From contig JALUTT010000028.1 of the NCBI GenBank assembly GCA_027021705.1, positions 1-63,438 of the forward strand: a stretch of 63,438 nt of DNA, given 5' to 3'. A program made the translations under genes and the position numbers. This stretch comes from Anaerolineae bacterium. Its GTDB lineage: Bacteria > Chloroflexota > Anaerolineae > S140-20. Of this stretch, positions 34,156 to 45,052 are shown in pieces; within the stretch, counting starts at the first letter, position 1, and each line of letters starts with the position of its first letter. A model generated the notes under the pieces. That model made no database searches. It saw only the letters and a program-made list of their open reading frames with translations, and was not told where the DNA came from.

Positions 34156-35565
34156 TCACCGGCTCCCCGGCTCCCTCCCCCACCAGAAGGCCCAAAGGGT
34201 GAGGAGGAGAAGCGCAGCGGAGAAAGCCCCTGTCAGCACAAAGCGTACCTCCACGGACCGCCCTGCGGGAGGCGACGAGAGAGAGGAAGCCATCCTCTCC
34301 TGTTCTCCTCGGCCCGCTGCCTCTCCGCCCTCCGCGTCTCCGGGCGGACGCAAGGAGATGGCTGTGGGCAAAAGGGTAGGGATGGGGGATGGAACCGGTG
34401 TGGGGGTGGCGGTCGCGGTGGGAGCCAACGTCGCCGTAGGGGCCGGCGGTCGGGGGACCGTCGGAGAGGCCACCACCCCCGACTGCGCAGAGAGGACAGG
34501 CGCTGCCGGGGCCCTCGTCGGCGGGGCCGTCGGGACAGGGGAAGGCGGCACCGCCTCCGGCGGCGGTGCGCTCCCGTAGACCCCCGTCTTGTACTCGGCG
34601 GCATAAAGCGCCGTCAACTCCAGGTAGAGATCCCCGTAGGTCACGCTGGGCTCGATCATCGAGCCCTCCAACCACTCGTTGAAGCTGGTGATGACGATCA
34701 TGTCGGGAGCACTGGCGATGGCCGCCTGCCACGTCTCCCGGTAGAAAGCCCCTCCCCGCCGCTCCCGGACGTAGCTGTCCGCCCGATCCGGGATCCGGGT
34801 ATCATCCCAACCCGGCATCACCGTCGCCACCCAGTACTTGTAGGCCCCATAGGCCTCGATGGCCCTGCGGACCCGGGCCGACCAGCGGCTGGCGGTGGCC
34901 GCGAAATCGCGGGACCAGGCGATGTTGTAGAGGTGCAGCCCATCGAAGACCGCCAAATCCTCCAGCGCCGCCCCCTCGGCGATCCAGATGCTTTCCCGCC
35001 GGGGGTCCACCTGAGCCCGGATGGCCGCCCAGCGGTTGACGCTGAAACGCTGCTGCTTCCAGAAGAAGATGACCGGCTTCCCATCCAGCCGCAGGTAGGC
35101 CGGGTGACGGGCGTGGACGGTCAAGAGATAGCGAAGGGCCGCGATCACATCCTCTTCGCTGGCGAAGAAGGGGCTGTAGACCTCAAAATCTACAGCGGCC
35201 CGGAAGCCCCGGGCCGCCGCCACATCCAGCAGGAGGCGGAAGTTGGTCTCCGTCTGGTTGTTGGTCTCCACCGGCCCATACCACGACTGCACGAAGGCAT
35301 CAATGCCGGCCCGCTGGGCCTGAGCCACGTGTCGCTCGATGACCGCCGGGTCCGCAGAAGCGTAGGGCTGCAGGGGCTGGTCGGCCACCTGGCCCGACTC
35401 CCAAGTGGTCATGTCGAACCAGGCGTAGTAGAAGGCCAGGACCAGGGGAGAGGTCTGGGCATCGGTCGGAGACGGGGACCTGGACAACCCAGCGACCAGC
35501 AGGATCAGCAGGAGGAGCACCCGGGCTGACCGACTCCACACCCATCGTGGCATCATCCGACCCAT
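34156..35565 (-). CDS. Secreted, membrane-anchored glycoside hydrolase (GH99/GH71-like)
   Basis: Signal peptide, LAFYYAWF, ITSFNEWLEGSMIEP, Pro/Thr-rich linker, C-terminal TM; TGATG coupling to the upstream kinase. Confidence 0.75.
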   Translation of the reverse strand: MGRMMPRWVWSRSARVLLLLILLVAGLSRSPSPTDAQTSPLVLAFYYAWFDMTTWESGQVADQPLQPYASADPAVIERHVAQAQRAGIDAFVQSWYGPVETNNQTETNFRLLLDVAAARGFRAAVDFEVYSPFFASEEDVIAALRYLLTVHARHPAYLRLDGKPVIFFWKQQRFSVNRWAAIRAQVDPRRESIWIAEGAALEDLAVFDGLHLYNIAWSRDFAATASRWSARVRRAIEAYGAYKYWVATVMPGWDDTRIPDRADSYVRERRGGAFYRETWQAAIASAPDMIVITSFNEWLEGSMIEPSVTYGDLYLELTALYAAEYKTGVYGSAPPPEAVPPSPVPTAPPTRAPAAPVLSAQSGVVASPTVPRPPAPTATLAPTATATPTPVPSPIPTLLPTAISLRPPGDAEGGEAAGRGEQERMASSLSSPPAGRSVEVRFVLTGAFSAALLLLTLWAFWWGREPGSR

Positions 35566-36623
35566 CAACCGAGGGGGATCTCCACCGTCACTTTGGTGCC
35601 TCGGCCAATACTGCTGTCAATGTGGACCTCTCCCCCCAGCATCTCCACCCGCTCCCGCAGGGTGGCCAGGCCGATGGTCTTCTGTTGGGCGGAAGCAGCC
35701 ATCACCTCGTTGACGTCGAAGCCGCTCCCGTTGTCCTCCACCGTGGCTCGAACCAGTTCCTCACCCAGGTCGAGGGTGACCTGGACGTTGCTGGCGTGGG
35801 CGTGCCGCCAAGCGTTGGTCAAGAGCTCCTGAATGACGCGGAAGATGGTCACTTCGTAGTGCTGTTCCAGCCGCCGCTCCTTGCCCGTAACCGCGAGATT
35901 GGTGGGCAGGCCGCTCTTCTCCTGGAAGCTGGCCACGTAGCGCTTGAGGGTGGGAACCAGGCCCAGGTCGTCCAACATCATCGGGCGCAAGTCAAAGATG
36001 AAGTCCCGCACCTTCTGGAAGGTAGTCGTGACCGCTTGTTTGAGGTTGGCCAGTTCCACGCGGGCCCGGTCCGGGTCCTTGTCGAAGAGGCGTTCGCAGA
36101 TCTCCGCCTGCAGGATCAGGTTGGTCAGCGACTGGGCCGGCCCGTCGTGCATCTGGCGGGCGAGTCGCTGGCGCTCGTGCTCCTGGGCTTCGATGATGCG
36201 CACTGCCGTCGGTTCTTCCCCATCGCCGCTGAGCATGCGCCGTCGGCCCTGGGGAACGCTGACCTCGCTGAGCAGTTCGAGCACCCGGCGCAGGAGCTCC
36301 GCATAGCGCTGCAGGTGCTGCTGATCGCTCTGGAGCTTCTCCAACTGCCCCCGCATAATGAACAGCCGTTTCTGGGCATCCTGGGCGGCCGTGTAGACCT
36401 CCTGGATGTCCTCGCGGGGCACCGTGTCGAAGGTGGCCTCCACCTGGCGCAGCCGATTGGTGATCTGGGCATTGCGCCGGGTGAGCTTCTCCACCTCGCC
36501 GGTGCTCTGCTGGATCAGCACCTCGATCTCCCGCAGCTCCTGCTGAACCCGCTCGTACTCCTTCTGGCTCTCCTCGATGAACTGCTCCATCGGGGAAAGC
36601 TCCCCGTCACCTCGTGGGTCCAT
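35565..36623 (-). CDS. DegS-like soluble sensor histidine kinase (HisKA_3)
   Basis: N-terminal coiled coil, ERQRLARQMHDGPAQ, DLRPMMLDDLGL, DNGSGF. Confidence 0.85.
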   Translation of the reverse strand: MDPRGDGELSPMEQFIEESQKEYERVQQELREIEVLIQQSTGEVEKLTRRNAQITNRLRQVEATFDTVPREDIQEVYTAAQDAQKRLFIMRGQLEKLQSDQQHLQRYAELLRRVLELLSEVSVPQGRRRMLSGDGEEPTAVRIIEAQEHERQRLARQMHDGPAQSLTNLILQAEICERLFDKDPDRARVELANLKQAVTTTFQKVRDFIFDLRPMMLDDLGLVPTLKRYVASFQEKSGLPTNLAVTGKERRLEQHYEVTIFRVIQELLTNAWRHAHASNVQVTLDLGEELVRATVEDNGSGFDVNEVMAASAQQKTIGLATLRERVEMLGGEVHIDSSIGRGTKVTVEIPLG

Positions 36624-36667
36624 AGCCTCACTCCTGTCCGCCTCTGTCAAGGCTTCTAAGGAAAGGA

Positions 36668-36703
36668 CCCTCCCGCAGGTTCGCCGTGGGACCTGCGGGA
36701 GGA
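36668..36703 (+). repeat. Inverted-repeat-bounded element, copy 2 (minimal)
   Basis: CCTCCCGCAGGT-10 nt-ACCTGCGGGAGG. Confidence 0.85.
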
Positions 36704-36717
36704 TGACCGTCAGGTAG

Positions 36718-37440
36718 CTAGTCGTAGGACAGGTCTCCTGTGGTATCCTGGAGCCGAACCCACCCCCGCCGCAGCGCGTAGACGGCCGCCTGAGTGCGGT
36801 CCTCCACGTCCAGCTTGCGCAGAATGGAGGTCATGTGGTTCTTGACCGTCTGGTGGCTGATCCCCAGAGAGTAAGCGATCTCCTTGTTGCTCAGCCCACG
36901 GCAGACCAGCAGGAGGATCTCCATCTCGCGAGGCGAGAGGGGGACGAACTTCTCCTCCCGCTCGCCGGGGATGACGCCAAAGCGCTCGAACTCCTTGGCC
37001 AGCCACCGTTTGATCTCCCGAGGGGTCATCACCTGGGAGCCGATGACATAGTTCCCCCGGCTGACCTGACGGATGGCCTCGATGAGCTGCAACGGGGTCA
37101 CGTCCTTGGGAAAGTAGGCCGATGCTCCCGCCTGGATGGCGTGGTAGACCTGCTCATCGTCGTGGTAAGCGGTGAGCATCACCACCTGCACCTGAGGCTG
37201 CCGGGCCTTGAGCTGCCGAGTCGCCTGCAGACCGTTGAGAGAGGGCAAGTTGATGTCCATCACCACCACGTGGGGCTGAAGCCGGCTGACCTGATCCACC
37301 ACCTGAGCCCCATCGTCCACCTCGCCCACGACCTCCAAGTCGTCCTCAGCATCGAGCACATCCCGCAGCCCCTGCCGGAAGAAAGGATGATCATCCACAA
37401 TAACGACACTGATCTTCTCGTGAGTTTGTCCTTCGTTCAT
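36718..37440 (-). CDS. NarL/LuxR family response regulator (DegU-like)
   Basis: VDDH..MDINLP receiver; LSPREMEIL..NKEIA..TVKNH LuxR HTH. Confidence 0.92.
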   Translation of the reverse strand: MNEGQTHEKISVVIVDDHPFFRQGLRDVLDAEDDLEVVGEVDDGAQVVDQVSRLQPHVVVMDINLPSLNGLQATRQLKARQPQVQVVMLTAYHDDEQVYHAIQAGASAYFPKDVTPLQLIEAIRQVSRGNYVIGSQVMTPREIKRWLAKEFERFGVIPGEREEKFVPLSPREMEILLLVCRGLSNKEIAYSLGISHQTVKNHMTSILRKLDVEDRTQAAVYALRRGWVRLQDTTGDLSYD

Positions 37441-37474
37441 GTCTCGCCTCCCCTCGCCGCTTCAACACACCTGG

Positions 37475-37504
37475 AGTATACCACAAAGGGGCGGTTCTGC
37501 GCAA
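37475..37504 (-). promoter_or_regulatory. Putative promoter for the response regulator/kinase pair
   Basis: Minus strand TTGCGC-18 bp-TATACT with TGn. Confidence 0.55.
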
Positions 37505-37512
37505 GGGGGGAG

Positions 37513-37753
37513 CAAGGGCAAAGGGGGCAAGTTGCAAGTTGCAAGTTGCAAGGGGCAGGGGGCAGGGGGCAAGTTGCAAGGGGCAAGGGGTAAGAGCGGA
37601 CACCGCCGCGCGAAGGGCGATGCCCGCTCGAACGAAGGGAGAGGCACCGAGGGACGAGGCACCAAGGGCCGATCACCGACGGCCGACGGCAGACCGCCGA
37701 CCGCCGACCGCAGACCGCAGACCGCCCCCGGACTGAGGACTGAGGACCAAGGA
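37513..37753 (+). repeat. Mosaic tandem array (CAAGGGG/CAAGTTG, GAGGCACC, CCGACCG, GGACTGA)
   Basis: Direct reading downstream of ftsZ. Confidence 0.9.
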
Positions 37754-37761
37754 CTTTATAC

Positions 37762-38922
37762 TCACCGCTCCAGCCGGCGCCGCAGGAAGGCCGGGATGTC
37801 CAGATCGTCCTTGTCGAAGGCCGGCGTCGAGGGCGGGGTCGGTCCCCGGCCACCGCCCCGGGTCGCCGGTCGGCCAGCCGGCTGCTGGGCTCTCTGGCTG
37901 GCCGGCTGAGTCGCCGGCTGGGAGATCGCCTGGGGCCGCTGCACCCGGCGGGTCACCGTCCCCGGCTGGTCAAAGCCGGTGGCGATGACGGTGATGCGCA
38001 CCTCGTCGCCCATCTTCTCGTCAATCACCGCCCCGAAGATCAGGTTCACCTCGGGGTGGGCCGTCTCCTTGATGATGGCCGCCGCCTCGTTCACCTCGAA
38101 GAGGGTCAGGTCAGGCCCTCCGGTGATGTTGAAGAGGATCCCCCGGGCACCATCAATGGTCACGTCCAGCAGCCGGCTGGAGATCGCCTGCTCGGCCGCC
38201 ACCCGAGCCCGGTCCTCCCCGCTGGCCCGTCCCACCGCCATCAGCGCCGCGCCGCCCTCGGCCATAATCGTGCGCACGTCGGCGAAGTCCAGGTTGATCA
38301 GGCCGGGCACGGTGATCAGCTCCGAGATCCCCTGGATGCCCTGCCGCAACACGTCATCGGCCAGCCGGAAGGCATCCTGGAGGGAGACCCGCTTGTCCGT
38401 GATCTCCAACAGCCGGTCGTTGGGGATCACGATGAGGGTATCCACCTGCTCCTTGAGCATCTCGATCCCTTCCCGCGCCGTCCGTTCCCGCGCCGCCCCC
38501 TCGAAGCTGAAGGGGCGGGTGACGACGCCGATGGTCAGCGCCCCGATCTCGCGGGCGATGCGGGCGATGACCGGCGCGGCCCCGGTGCCCGTCCCCCCGC
38601 CCAGGCCGGCGGTCACGAAGACCATGTCAGACCCTTCCAGCACCTGGTACAGCTCCTCAGAAGATTCCTCGGCCGCCTTTCGCCCAACCTCCGGGTCACC
38701 GCCCGCCCCCAGCCCTCGGGTCAGCTTGTCACCGATGCGAACCCGCTTCGGAGCCTGCGAGAGCATCAGGGCCTGAGCATCGGTGTTGACAGCGATGAAC
38801 TCAACGCCCGACAACCCCTCTTCGATCATCCGGTTGACCGCGTTTGAGCCACCGCCCCCTACACCGATGACGCGGATCTGGGCAAAGTTCTCTACCGATG
38901 GCACCTGTGTTCCCTGATACAT
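37762..38922 (-). CDS. ftsZ: Cell division protein FtsZ
   Basis: [25 protein letters not shown]-terminal DIPAFLRR. Confidence 0.98.
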   Translation of the reverse strand: MYQGTQVPSVENFAQIRVIGVGGGGSNAVNRMIEEGLSGVEFIAVNTDAQALMLSQAPKRVRIGDKLTRGLGAGGDPEVGRKAAEESSEELYQVLEGSDMVFVTAGLGGGTGTGAAPVIARIAREIGALTIGVVTRPFSFEGAARERTAREGIEMLKEQVDTLIVIPNDRLLEITDKRVSLQDAFRLADDVLRQGIQGISELITVPGLINLDFADVRTIMAEGGAALMAVGRASGEDRARVAAEQAISSRLLDVTIDGARGILFNITGGPDLTLFEVNEAAAIIKETAHPEVNLIFGAVIDEKMGDEVRITVIATGFDQPGTVTRRVQRPQAISQPATQPASQRAQQPAGRPATRGGGRGPTPPSTPAFDKDDLDIPAFLRRRLER

Positions 38923-39033
38923 CGTAACCTCCTGCTGAAGCGATCAACTCCTTCGACGCGACCGTTGCGCCGCCCCCCTATCCGCGCCCAGGGCGGTCAT
39001 CCTCACCCGAGCTACCTGACATGTTCCCAGGCC

Positions 39034-39128
39034 CCCTCCCGCAGGTTCCCTCCCCGGCCTGAAGCACGTCATAGACAGCCTCCGATCAACTATTGCCGTC
39101 GCCGGGCACCGCGTGACCTGCGGGAGGG
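39034..39128 (+). repeat. Inverted-repeat-bounded element, copy 3 (subfamily A)
   Basis: CCCTCCCGCAGGT / ACCTGCGGGAGGG, perfect 13-bp IR. Confidence 0.85.
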
Positions 39129-39171
39129 TTAGAACACACATCCCTGTTGGGTCTCACCCCACCAGGACACT

Positions 39172-40404
39172 TCACCCCGGCAAGAAGTTCCGCAACCACC
39201 CCCCCAACCACTTCAGAAAGGGGGAAGAGCCGTTGGAGTGATAGAGCGGATAGCGGGGATGCAAGGCCCCCTCTACACCCCATTGGAGCAACCCGACACT
39301 GGTGGCGTAGGCCGGATGGACCAAGGTATCCACCAGCCCCTGCAGGTCGCGGGGCCGGCCCACGCGCACCGGCATTCCCAGGACCTCCTGCCCCATCTGG
39401 CGCAGGCCCGGCAGTTGGGCCGTGCCGCCACAGACGACCAGTCCGGCGGGCAGCAACCCCTCGTACCCCGAGCGCCGGATCTCCTGCCCGATGAGGCTGA
39501 AGATCTCCTCCACGCGGGCCTCCAGGATGCTGACCATCTCCCGACGGAAGACCTGTTGGCGTGGCTCATCGCCGAAGCTCTGGACCGTGAAGGTCTCCTC
39601 GGCGGGCACATCCTGGGGCCGGGCGTGGCCGTAGCGGAGCTTGATCGCCTCCGCCGTCTCAAAGGGCAGCCGCAATCCGATGGCCAGGTCGTTGGTCAGG
39701 TGATACCCCCCCACGGGCACGACCACCGTGTGCCAGATCGTCCCGTCAATGAAGATGGCGATGTCCGTCGTCCCTCCGCCGATGTCGGCCAGGGCCACCC
39801 CCATCTCCCGCTCCGTCTCCGTCAGCACTGCTTGACCAGAAGCCAGGGGGGCCAGGACGATCTCGTCCACGGCGACGCCGACCTCCTCTACGCAACGGGC
39901 CAGGTTGTAGAGGGCGGTGGCGGCTGCCGTCACGATGTGAGCCTCCAGTTCCAGACGGAACCCGTGCATCCCCACCGGATTGCGCACGCCGTTCTGCCCA
40001 TCCACCGTGTACCCCCGGGGGATGACGTGGACCACCCGGCGGTTGTGGGGGATGGCGATGGCCCCCGCCGCCTCCAGCGCCCGGTCAATGTCCTCGTAGG
40101 AGATAATCCGCTCCCCCCGGCCCACGGCCACGACCCCCCGGCTATTGAGGGAAGCGATATGGGCACCTGAGATGCCGACGAAGGCCCGCTCGATCCGGTA
40201 GCCGGAGACCCGTTCGGCGGCGGCCACGGACTCGGCGATGGCGGCCGAGGCTTCCTGGACGTTGACCACAACCCCCTTGCGCATCCCCCGGGATGGGACC
40301 ACGCCCACCCCGACGATGCGCAGGGCACCCTCGGCGTCCACCTCGCCGACCAGCGTGCAGACCTTGGTTGTTCCTACGTCTATGCCCACGATCGTGCGTT
40401 CCAC
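39172..40404 (-). CDS. ftsA: Cell division protein FtsA
   Basis: GIDVGTTKV, DIGGGTTD; GGAGG RBS before GTG 40404. Confidence 0.95.
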   Translation of the reverse strand: MERTIVGIDVGTTKVCTLVGEVDAEGALRIVGVGVVPSRGMRKGVVVNVQEASAAIAESVAAAERVSGYRIERAFVGISGAHIASLNSRGVVAVGRGERIISYEDIDRALEAAGAIAIPHNRRVVHVIPRGYTVDGQNGVRNPVGMHGFRLELEAHIVTAAATALYNLARCVEEVGVAVDEIVLAPLASGQAVLTETEREMGVALADIGGGTTDIAIFIDGTIWHTVVVPVGGYHLTNDLAIGLRLPFETAEAIKLRYGHARPQDVPAEETFTVQSFGDEPRQQVFRREMVSILEARVEEIFSLIGQEIRRSGYEGLLPAGLVVCGGTAQLPGLRQMGQEVLGMPVRVGRPRDLQGLVDTLVHPAYATSVGLLQWGVEGALHPRYPLYHSNGSSPFLKWLGGWLRNFLPG

Positions 40405-40458
40405 CCTAGACCTCCCTGCGCCAACCAACGCCCCCCCGGCTTTCCTCACGCCAATCCA

Positions 40459-41244
40459 TCACTCCCCAACAGCATAGTACGGCGCTTCCAGATAGCGCAA
40501 ATCCACAAAGGCCGGCTGGATACCCTGGGCGGTCAGCTCCTGGGCCAGGGCCTCCAACATCACCAGCTTGAGGGCCACATCCTCTCCGACCCCCAATCGG
40601 ACCACCCATCCCCGGCGGTCCACGAAGGTGAAGCCGTAGCGGGCCGTGTACTGGACAACGGTCCCCGGCGGCAGGAGATCGTGCAGTTGGAGCGCCGTCT
40701 CCACGATGCGGGGGTCCAGCCGCTCCCCAGGACGCAGCGTTCCCCCAGGGCTCTCCACGACCATCATCCCCGGCCGCTCTCCCCGGGCCGGCACCGCCAC
40801 GCCGTCCGCCCCGATCCAGATGCGGGCCTCACCCTGCCGCCAGACCAGCAGGGGCGGACGTTCGACCACCGTGATCTGGCAGCGGGCTGGGAGCCCACAG
40901 CGCACCCGAACCTCCGTCAGGTCCGGCAGCGCTTCCCGGACACGAGCCGCCACCGCCCCGGGATCGGCCCAGAAGATGTTCAGGTCCCGCAGCCCACTGG
41001 CGGCCACGATCTCCTCCACCGTCACCCGCTGGTTCCCCCGCACCTCCACCTCGCTGATGAAGAAAGCGTCCTGGGTGCCGAAGAGATAGAGCAGCCAGAC
41101 ACCGGCCACCAGCATCGCCGCCGCCACCAACCGGGAGGTCCTGCCGGCGGGCCGTGCCTGCTCCCGGGCCGGCTGCACACCCAGCGCTACCGGCGCGGTG
41201 ATCTCGTATCGGGTGTAACGGCTCCGCTTCCTTCTGAACGGCAT
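40459..41244 (-). CDS. ftsQ: Cell division protein FtsQ/DivIB
   Basis: Single TM, POTRA-like VEVRGN, VER.P, C-terminal VDLR; position between ddl and ftsA. Confidence 0.85.
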   Translation of the reverse strand: MPFRRKRSRYTRYEITAPVALGVQPAREQARPAGRTSRLVAAAMLVAGVWLLYLFGTQDAFFISEVEVRGNQRVTVEEIVAASGLRDLNIFWADPGAVAARVREALPDLTEVRVRCGLPARCQITVVERPPLLVWRQGEARIWIGADGVAVPARGERPGMMVVESPGGTLRPGERLDPRIVETALQLHDLLPPGTVVQYTARYGFTFVDRRGWVVRLGVGEDVALKLVMLEALAQELTAQGIQPAFVDLRYLEAPYYAVGE

Positions 41245-41262
41245 CCTACCCCCCCACCCCCC

Positions 41263-41320
41263 GTCGCCTCATCGCCTCATTGCCCCATCGCCTCATCGCC
41301 TCGCCGCCTCATCCCTCGCC
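41263..41320 (+). repeat. Octamer array (CGCCTCAT-like, about 6 units)
   Basis: Direct reading at the 3' end of ddl. Confidence 0.75.
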
Positions 41321-42445
41321 CCCCAACGCCATCCGCCCCAGATCGTAGCGGGTCTCCCGCTGGACCTGCTCCCGGTGACGGGCCAGGGCCAGCTCGATCA
41401 GCCGGTCCACCAGGGCTGCGAAGGGGAGCCCCGTCGCCTCCCACAGCTTCGGGTACATGCTAATCGAGGTGAAGCCGGGGATGGTGTTCGCCTCGCTGAT
41501 GAAGAACTCCCCCGTCTCCCCGTTCATCAGGAAGTCCACCCGGGCCATCCCCGCGCCGTCCATCACCCGATAGGCCCGCACCGCCAGCTCCCGTACCCGC
41601 TCCGTCTCCTCGGGGGTCAGTGGGGCCGGGATGAGCAGTTGGGAGGCCGCCTCGCCGTCGTCAATGTACTTGGCGGCGTAGTCGTAGAACTCCCGGCTGG
41701 GGATGATCTCCCCCGGCAGGGAGGCCTCGGGCTCGTCGTTGCCCAAGACGCTGACCTCGATCTCGCGGGCGTGGGGGACCGCTTCCTCGGCCAGGAGCTT
41801 ACGGTCGAAGCGGGCCGCCTCCATCAGCCCCTCCAGCAGGTCCGAGCGGTTGCGGCACTTGCTCACGCCGACGCTGGAACCCAGGTTGGCCGGTTTGGTG
41901 AAGATGGGGTAGCGCAACGCCCCCTCGACCCGGTCCAGCACCGCCTCCGGCGCTTCCTCCCACTCCCGGCGCAGGATGGTCTGGTAGCGCACGACGGGGA
42001 GGCCGTGAGCCCGCATCAGGTCCTTGAAGAGCCCCTTGTCCATCGCCAATGCCGAGGCGGCCACGCCGGCCCCCACGTAGGGGATGCCTGCCATCTCCAG
42101 GAGCCCCTGGATCGTCCCATCCTCGCCGTAGGGTCCGTGGAGCACCGGGAAGACCACGTCCAGCCCCTGGTCCAGCAGGGCGCTGACCTGGGCCAGGGGA
42201 CCGCCGGCCGGGCGTGGGGCCTGCCTCTCGCCCCGGACCTCGGCCCGCAGGAGGGCCATCGGGTCGCCCCCCACCAGCCAGTACCCATCCCGGGTGATGC
42301 CGATGGGAACCACCTCGTACCGCTCCCGGTCCAGGGCCGCCATCACCGAGACCGCCGACCGGAGGGAGACCTCGTGCTCCCCCGACCGTCCGCCGAAGAT
42401 CACTCCGACGCGCAGACGGCCCCTCTCGCCTGATGCTCCGCTCAC
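41309..42445 (-). CDS. ddl: D-alanine--D-alanine ligase
   Basis: [33 protein letters not shown]. Confidence 0.95.
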   Translation of the reverse strand: MSGASGERGRLRVGVIFGGRSGEHEVSLRSAVSVMAALDRERYEVVPIGITRDGYWLVGGDPMALLRAEVRGERQAPRPAGGPLAQVSALLDQGLDVVFPVLHGPYGEDGTIQGLLEMAGIPYVGAGVAASALAMDKGLFKDLMRAHGLPVVRYQTILRREWEEAPEAVLDRVEGALRYPIFTKPANLGSSVGVSKCRNRSDLLEGLMEAARFDRKLLAEEAVPHAREIEVSVLGNDEPEASLPGEIIPSREFYDYAAKYIDDGEAASQLLIPAPLTPEETERVRELAVRAYRVMDGAGMARVDFLMNGETGEFFISEANTIPGFTSISMYPKLWEATGLPFAALVDRLIELALARHREQVQRETRYDLGRMALGGEG

Positions 42446-42488
42446 ACTGCCTCCCTTCTACCGGCGAATATCCATCGCGGAACTGTTC

Positions 42489-42585
42489 ACCCTCCCGCAG
42501 GTTGGGCGCGTTTCCGACGCGAAACCGTGGGGCAAATAGCCCATCGGGGCTGAAAGCGCTCTCGACCGGTGACCTGCGGGAGGGT
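42489..42585 (+). repeat. Inverted-repeat-bounded element, copy 4 (subfamily B)
   Basis: 14-bp perfect IR ACCCTCCCGCAGGT; closely similar to copy 5. Confidence 0.9.
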
Positions 42586-42640
42586 AGGCTGAACAGACAC
42601 TCCATCGCAAGGATTCCGGTCCCCCTTCTACCCCCATCCC

Positions 42641-43588
42641 TCATCCCTCAGTGCCTCGTCCCTCCCCATCCCACGCCCCCACCAGCTCGATCTCCAACTC
42701 CAGCCTCACCCCGAACTGCTCCTCCACCCGCTGCCGGGCCAGGTCAATCAACGCCTTGACGTCGGCCGCCCGGGCCGCACCCCGGTTGATGAAGAAGTTG
42801 GCGTGGTGGGGGGAGATCTGGGCCTCGCCCACCTGCATCCCTTTGAGCCCGGCCGCTTCGATGAGCCGGCCCGCGTAGTCCCCCGGTGGGTTCTTGAAGA
42901 TGGACCCCATGCTGGCCCCCGGCGGCTGGCTCGCCTTCCGACGTCGGCTGACCTGCTCGGCGAAGGCCTCCAGCGCTGACCGATCCGCCGGCTGCAGCCG
43001 GAAGGTAGCCACCAGCACCACCCGATCTCCATCCCCCTTGAGGCGGCTCGTCCGGTAGCCATACTCCAGCGCGGCGGCCGGCCACTGGCGGATGCGCCCG
43101 TCGGACTCCAGCAGCGCGACACTGTGCAGGACGCCGGCCACGTCGCCGCCGAAGGCCCCGGCATTCCCCACCACCGCCCCGCCCACCGTCCCCGGCACGT
43201 TGACCGCCCACTCCAGGCCGGCCCACCCCCGGGCGATGCACTGGCGGGCCAGGGTGCTCAGGCTGGCCCCCGACTCGGCGCGGACCCACCCCTCGGCGGG
43301 AAAATGGACCTGCCGGGCCCGGTTCAGGATCACCAGCCCCCGCACGCCCGCGTCGGCCACCAGCACGTTGGAGCCCCCGCCCAGGATGCACCAGGGCACC
43401 CCGTGGGATCGGGCCAGGCGGACGACCCGGGCCAACTCTCCGGCGCTGCGAACCTCCACCAGCAGGTCCGCCGGCCCCCCGATCCGGGCCGACGTGTGCC
43501 GGGCCAAAAGCTCGTTCCGGCGCACCCCGTCGCCCAGCGCCGAGGCCAGAGCATCCAGCGCATCGGACGCGGGAACGGTTGAGGTCAT
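42641..43588 (-). CDS. murB: UDP-N-acetylenolpyruvoylglucosamine reductase
   Basis: RIGGPA, GGGSN, PGTVGGA..NAGA, GSIFKNP, HANF. Confidence 0.95.
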   Translation of the reverse strand: MTSTVPASDALDALASALGDGVRRNELLARHTSARIGGPADLLVEVRSAGELARVVRLARSHGVPWCILGGGSNVLVADAGVRGLVILNRARQVHFPAEGWVRAESGASLSTLARQCIARGWAGLEWAVNVPGTVGGAVVGNAGAFGGDVAGVLHSVALLESDGRIRQWPAAALEYGYRTSRLKGDGDRVVLVATFRLQPADRSALEAFAEQVSRRRKASQPPGASMGSIFKNPPGDYAGRLIEAAGLKGMQVGEAQISPHHANFFINRGAARAADVKALIDLARQRVEEQFGVRLELEIELVGAWDGEGRGTEG

Positions 43589-45051
43589 CCTCCACCCTCC
43601 CCGGTAGATCCCGACCCTCGGAACACCGAATCCCGATCCCTCAGCCGCTCCAACAGCATCTCACCCACCCGATAGCCATCCCCGGCCCCCAGGGTGATCA
43701 CCACATCGCCGGGGCTGACGCCGGCCAGAAGCTGCTCCACCGCCTCCTCGAAATCGGCGACCACGCGGGCGTCGTGGTAGGGCATCCCGGCCACGATCTC
43801 CTCGACGCGCACCGTCGGGTCCTCGGGCTCCCGGGCGGCGTAGATGGGCAACACCAGCACGTGGGTCGCCTCAACCAAGGCGGCCGGAAAATCGTCCAGC
43901 AGAACACGGGTCCGGCTGTAGGTGTGGGGCTGGAAGACGGCCCAAATGGGCGTCCTCCGCCCGTAGCGGGCCCGCGCTGCCGCCAGCGTGGCCCGCACCT
44001 CGGTGGGATGGTGGGCGTAATCGTCCACCACCGTCACCCCCCGGACCACCCCCTTGATCTCGAAGCGCCGGCGGGTTCCCCGGTAGTCGGCCAGCACCCG
44101 GGCGGCCTGGTCGAAGGGCACCCCCTGGCCCGTCGTCACCGCCAGGGCGGCCAGGCTGTTCTGGACGTTGTGACGGCCCGGCACCAGGAGGCTCATCCGC
44201 CCCAGCGGCTCCCCGTCCACCCGCACGGTGAAGTCGAAGCCGCCCCGCTCGTTGCGCTTCAGGTCGGTCGCCTGCCAGTGGGGACCGCACCGGGGGCCGG
44301 TCGGCGCCCCCTCCCCCAGCCCGTAGGTGATCACCTCCCCTTCCCAGGCCGCCGCCAGCCCCATCGCGCCGGGATCGTCGGCACAGAGCACCAGCCGCCC
44401 TTCCGGGGGCAGCAGCCTGACGAAGGCCGTGAAGGCGTCCACCATCTCCTCATAGGAGGGGTAACAGTCGGGATGATCGTGCTCCACGTTGGTCACCACG
44501 CTCACCTGAGGCCGCAACCCCAGGAAGGTGTGATCGTACTCATCGGCCTCGATGACGAAATGGGGTCCACCGCCGTAGCGGGCATTCGTCTCCGGCCCCA
44601 CCAGCACCCCGCCGACGATGAAGGTCGGGTCCAGCCCCGCCGCCAGGAGCACCGTGGCGATCATCGCCGTCGTCGTCGTCTTGCCGTGGGTGCCGGCCAC
44701 CGCCAGCCCCACCCGGTCGGCCATCATCGCGCCCAGGACCCGGTCCCGCTTGACGACGGGGATCCCTGCTTCACGGGCGGCTACCACCTCGGGGTTGTCG
44801 GGAGGCACCGCCGAGGAGACGATCACCAGGTCGGCACCGCGCACCTGGTCGGCCCGATGGCCGATGTAGACGGTGGCCCCCTCGGCCTGCAGCGCTTCGG
44901 TCAGCGCCGACGCTTGCCGGTCGGAGCCGGAGACCCGGTAGCCGGCGCCCATCAGCACCCGGGCGATGGCCGAGAGGCCGGCCCCGCCGATGCCCACCAG
45001 GTGGACTTGTGCTCCCGGTGACAACCCGACGATCCGCATCGTCTCCCTCAC
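43585..45051 (-). CDS. murC: UDP-N-acetylmuramate--L-alanine ligase
   Basis: GIGGAGLS, GTHGKTTT, EADEYD, DDYAHHP, FQPH. Confidence 0.95.
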   Translation of the reverse strand: MRETMRIVGLSPGAQVHLVGIGGAGLSAIARVLMGAGYRVSGSDRQASALTEALQAEGATVYIGHRADQVRGADLVIVSSAVPPDNPEVVAAREAGIPVVKRDRVLGAMMADRVGLAVAGTHGKTTTTAMIATVLLAAGLDPTFIVGGVLVGPETNARYGGGPHFVIEADEYDHTFLGLRPQVSVVTNVEHDHPDCYPSYEEMVDAFTAFVRLLPPEGRLVLCADDPGAMGLAAAWEGEVITYGLGEGAPTGPRCGPHWQATDLKRNERGGFDFTVRVDGEPLGRMSLLVPGRHNVQNSLAALAVTTGQGVPFDQAARVLADYRGTRRRFEIKGVVRGVTVVDDYAHHPTEVRATLAAARARYGRRTPIWAVFQPHTYSRTRVLLDDFPAALVEATHVLVLPIYAAREPEDPTVRVEEIVAGMPYHDARVVADFEEAVEQLLAGVSPGDVVITLGAGDGYRVGEMLLERLRDRDSVFRGSGSTGEGGG

Positions 45052-45052
45052 A

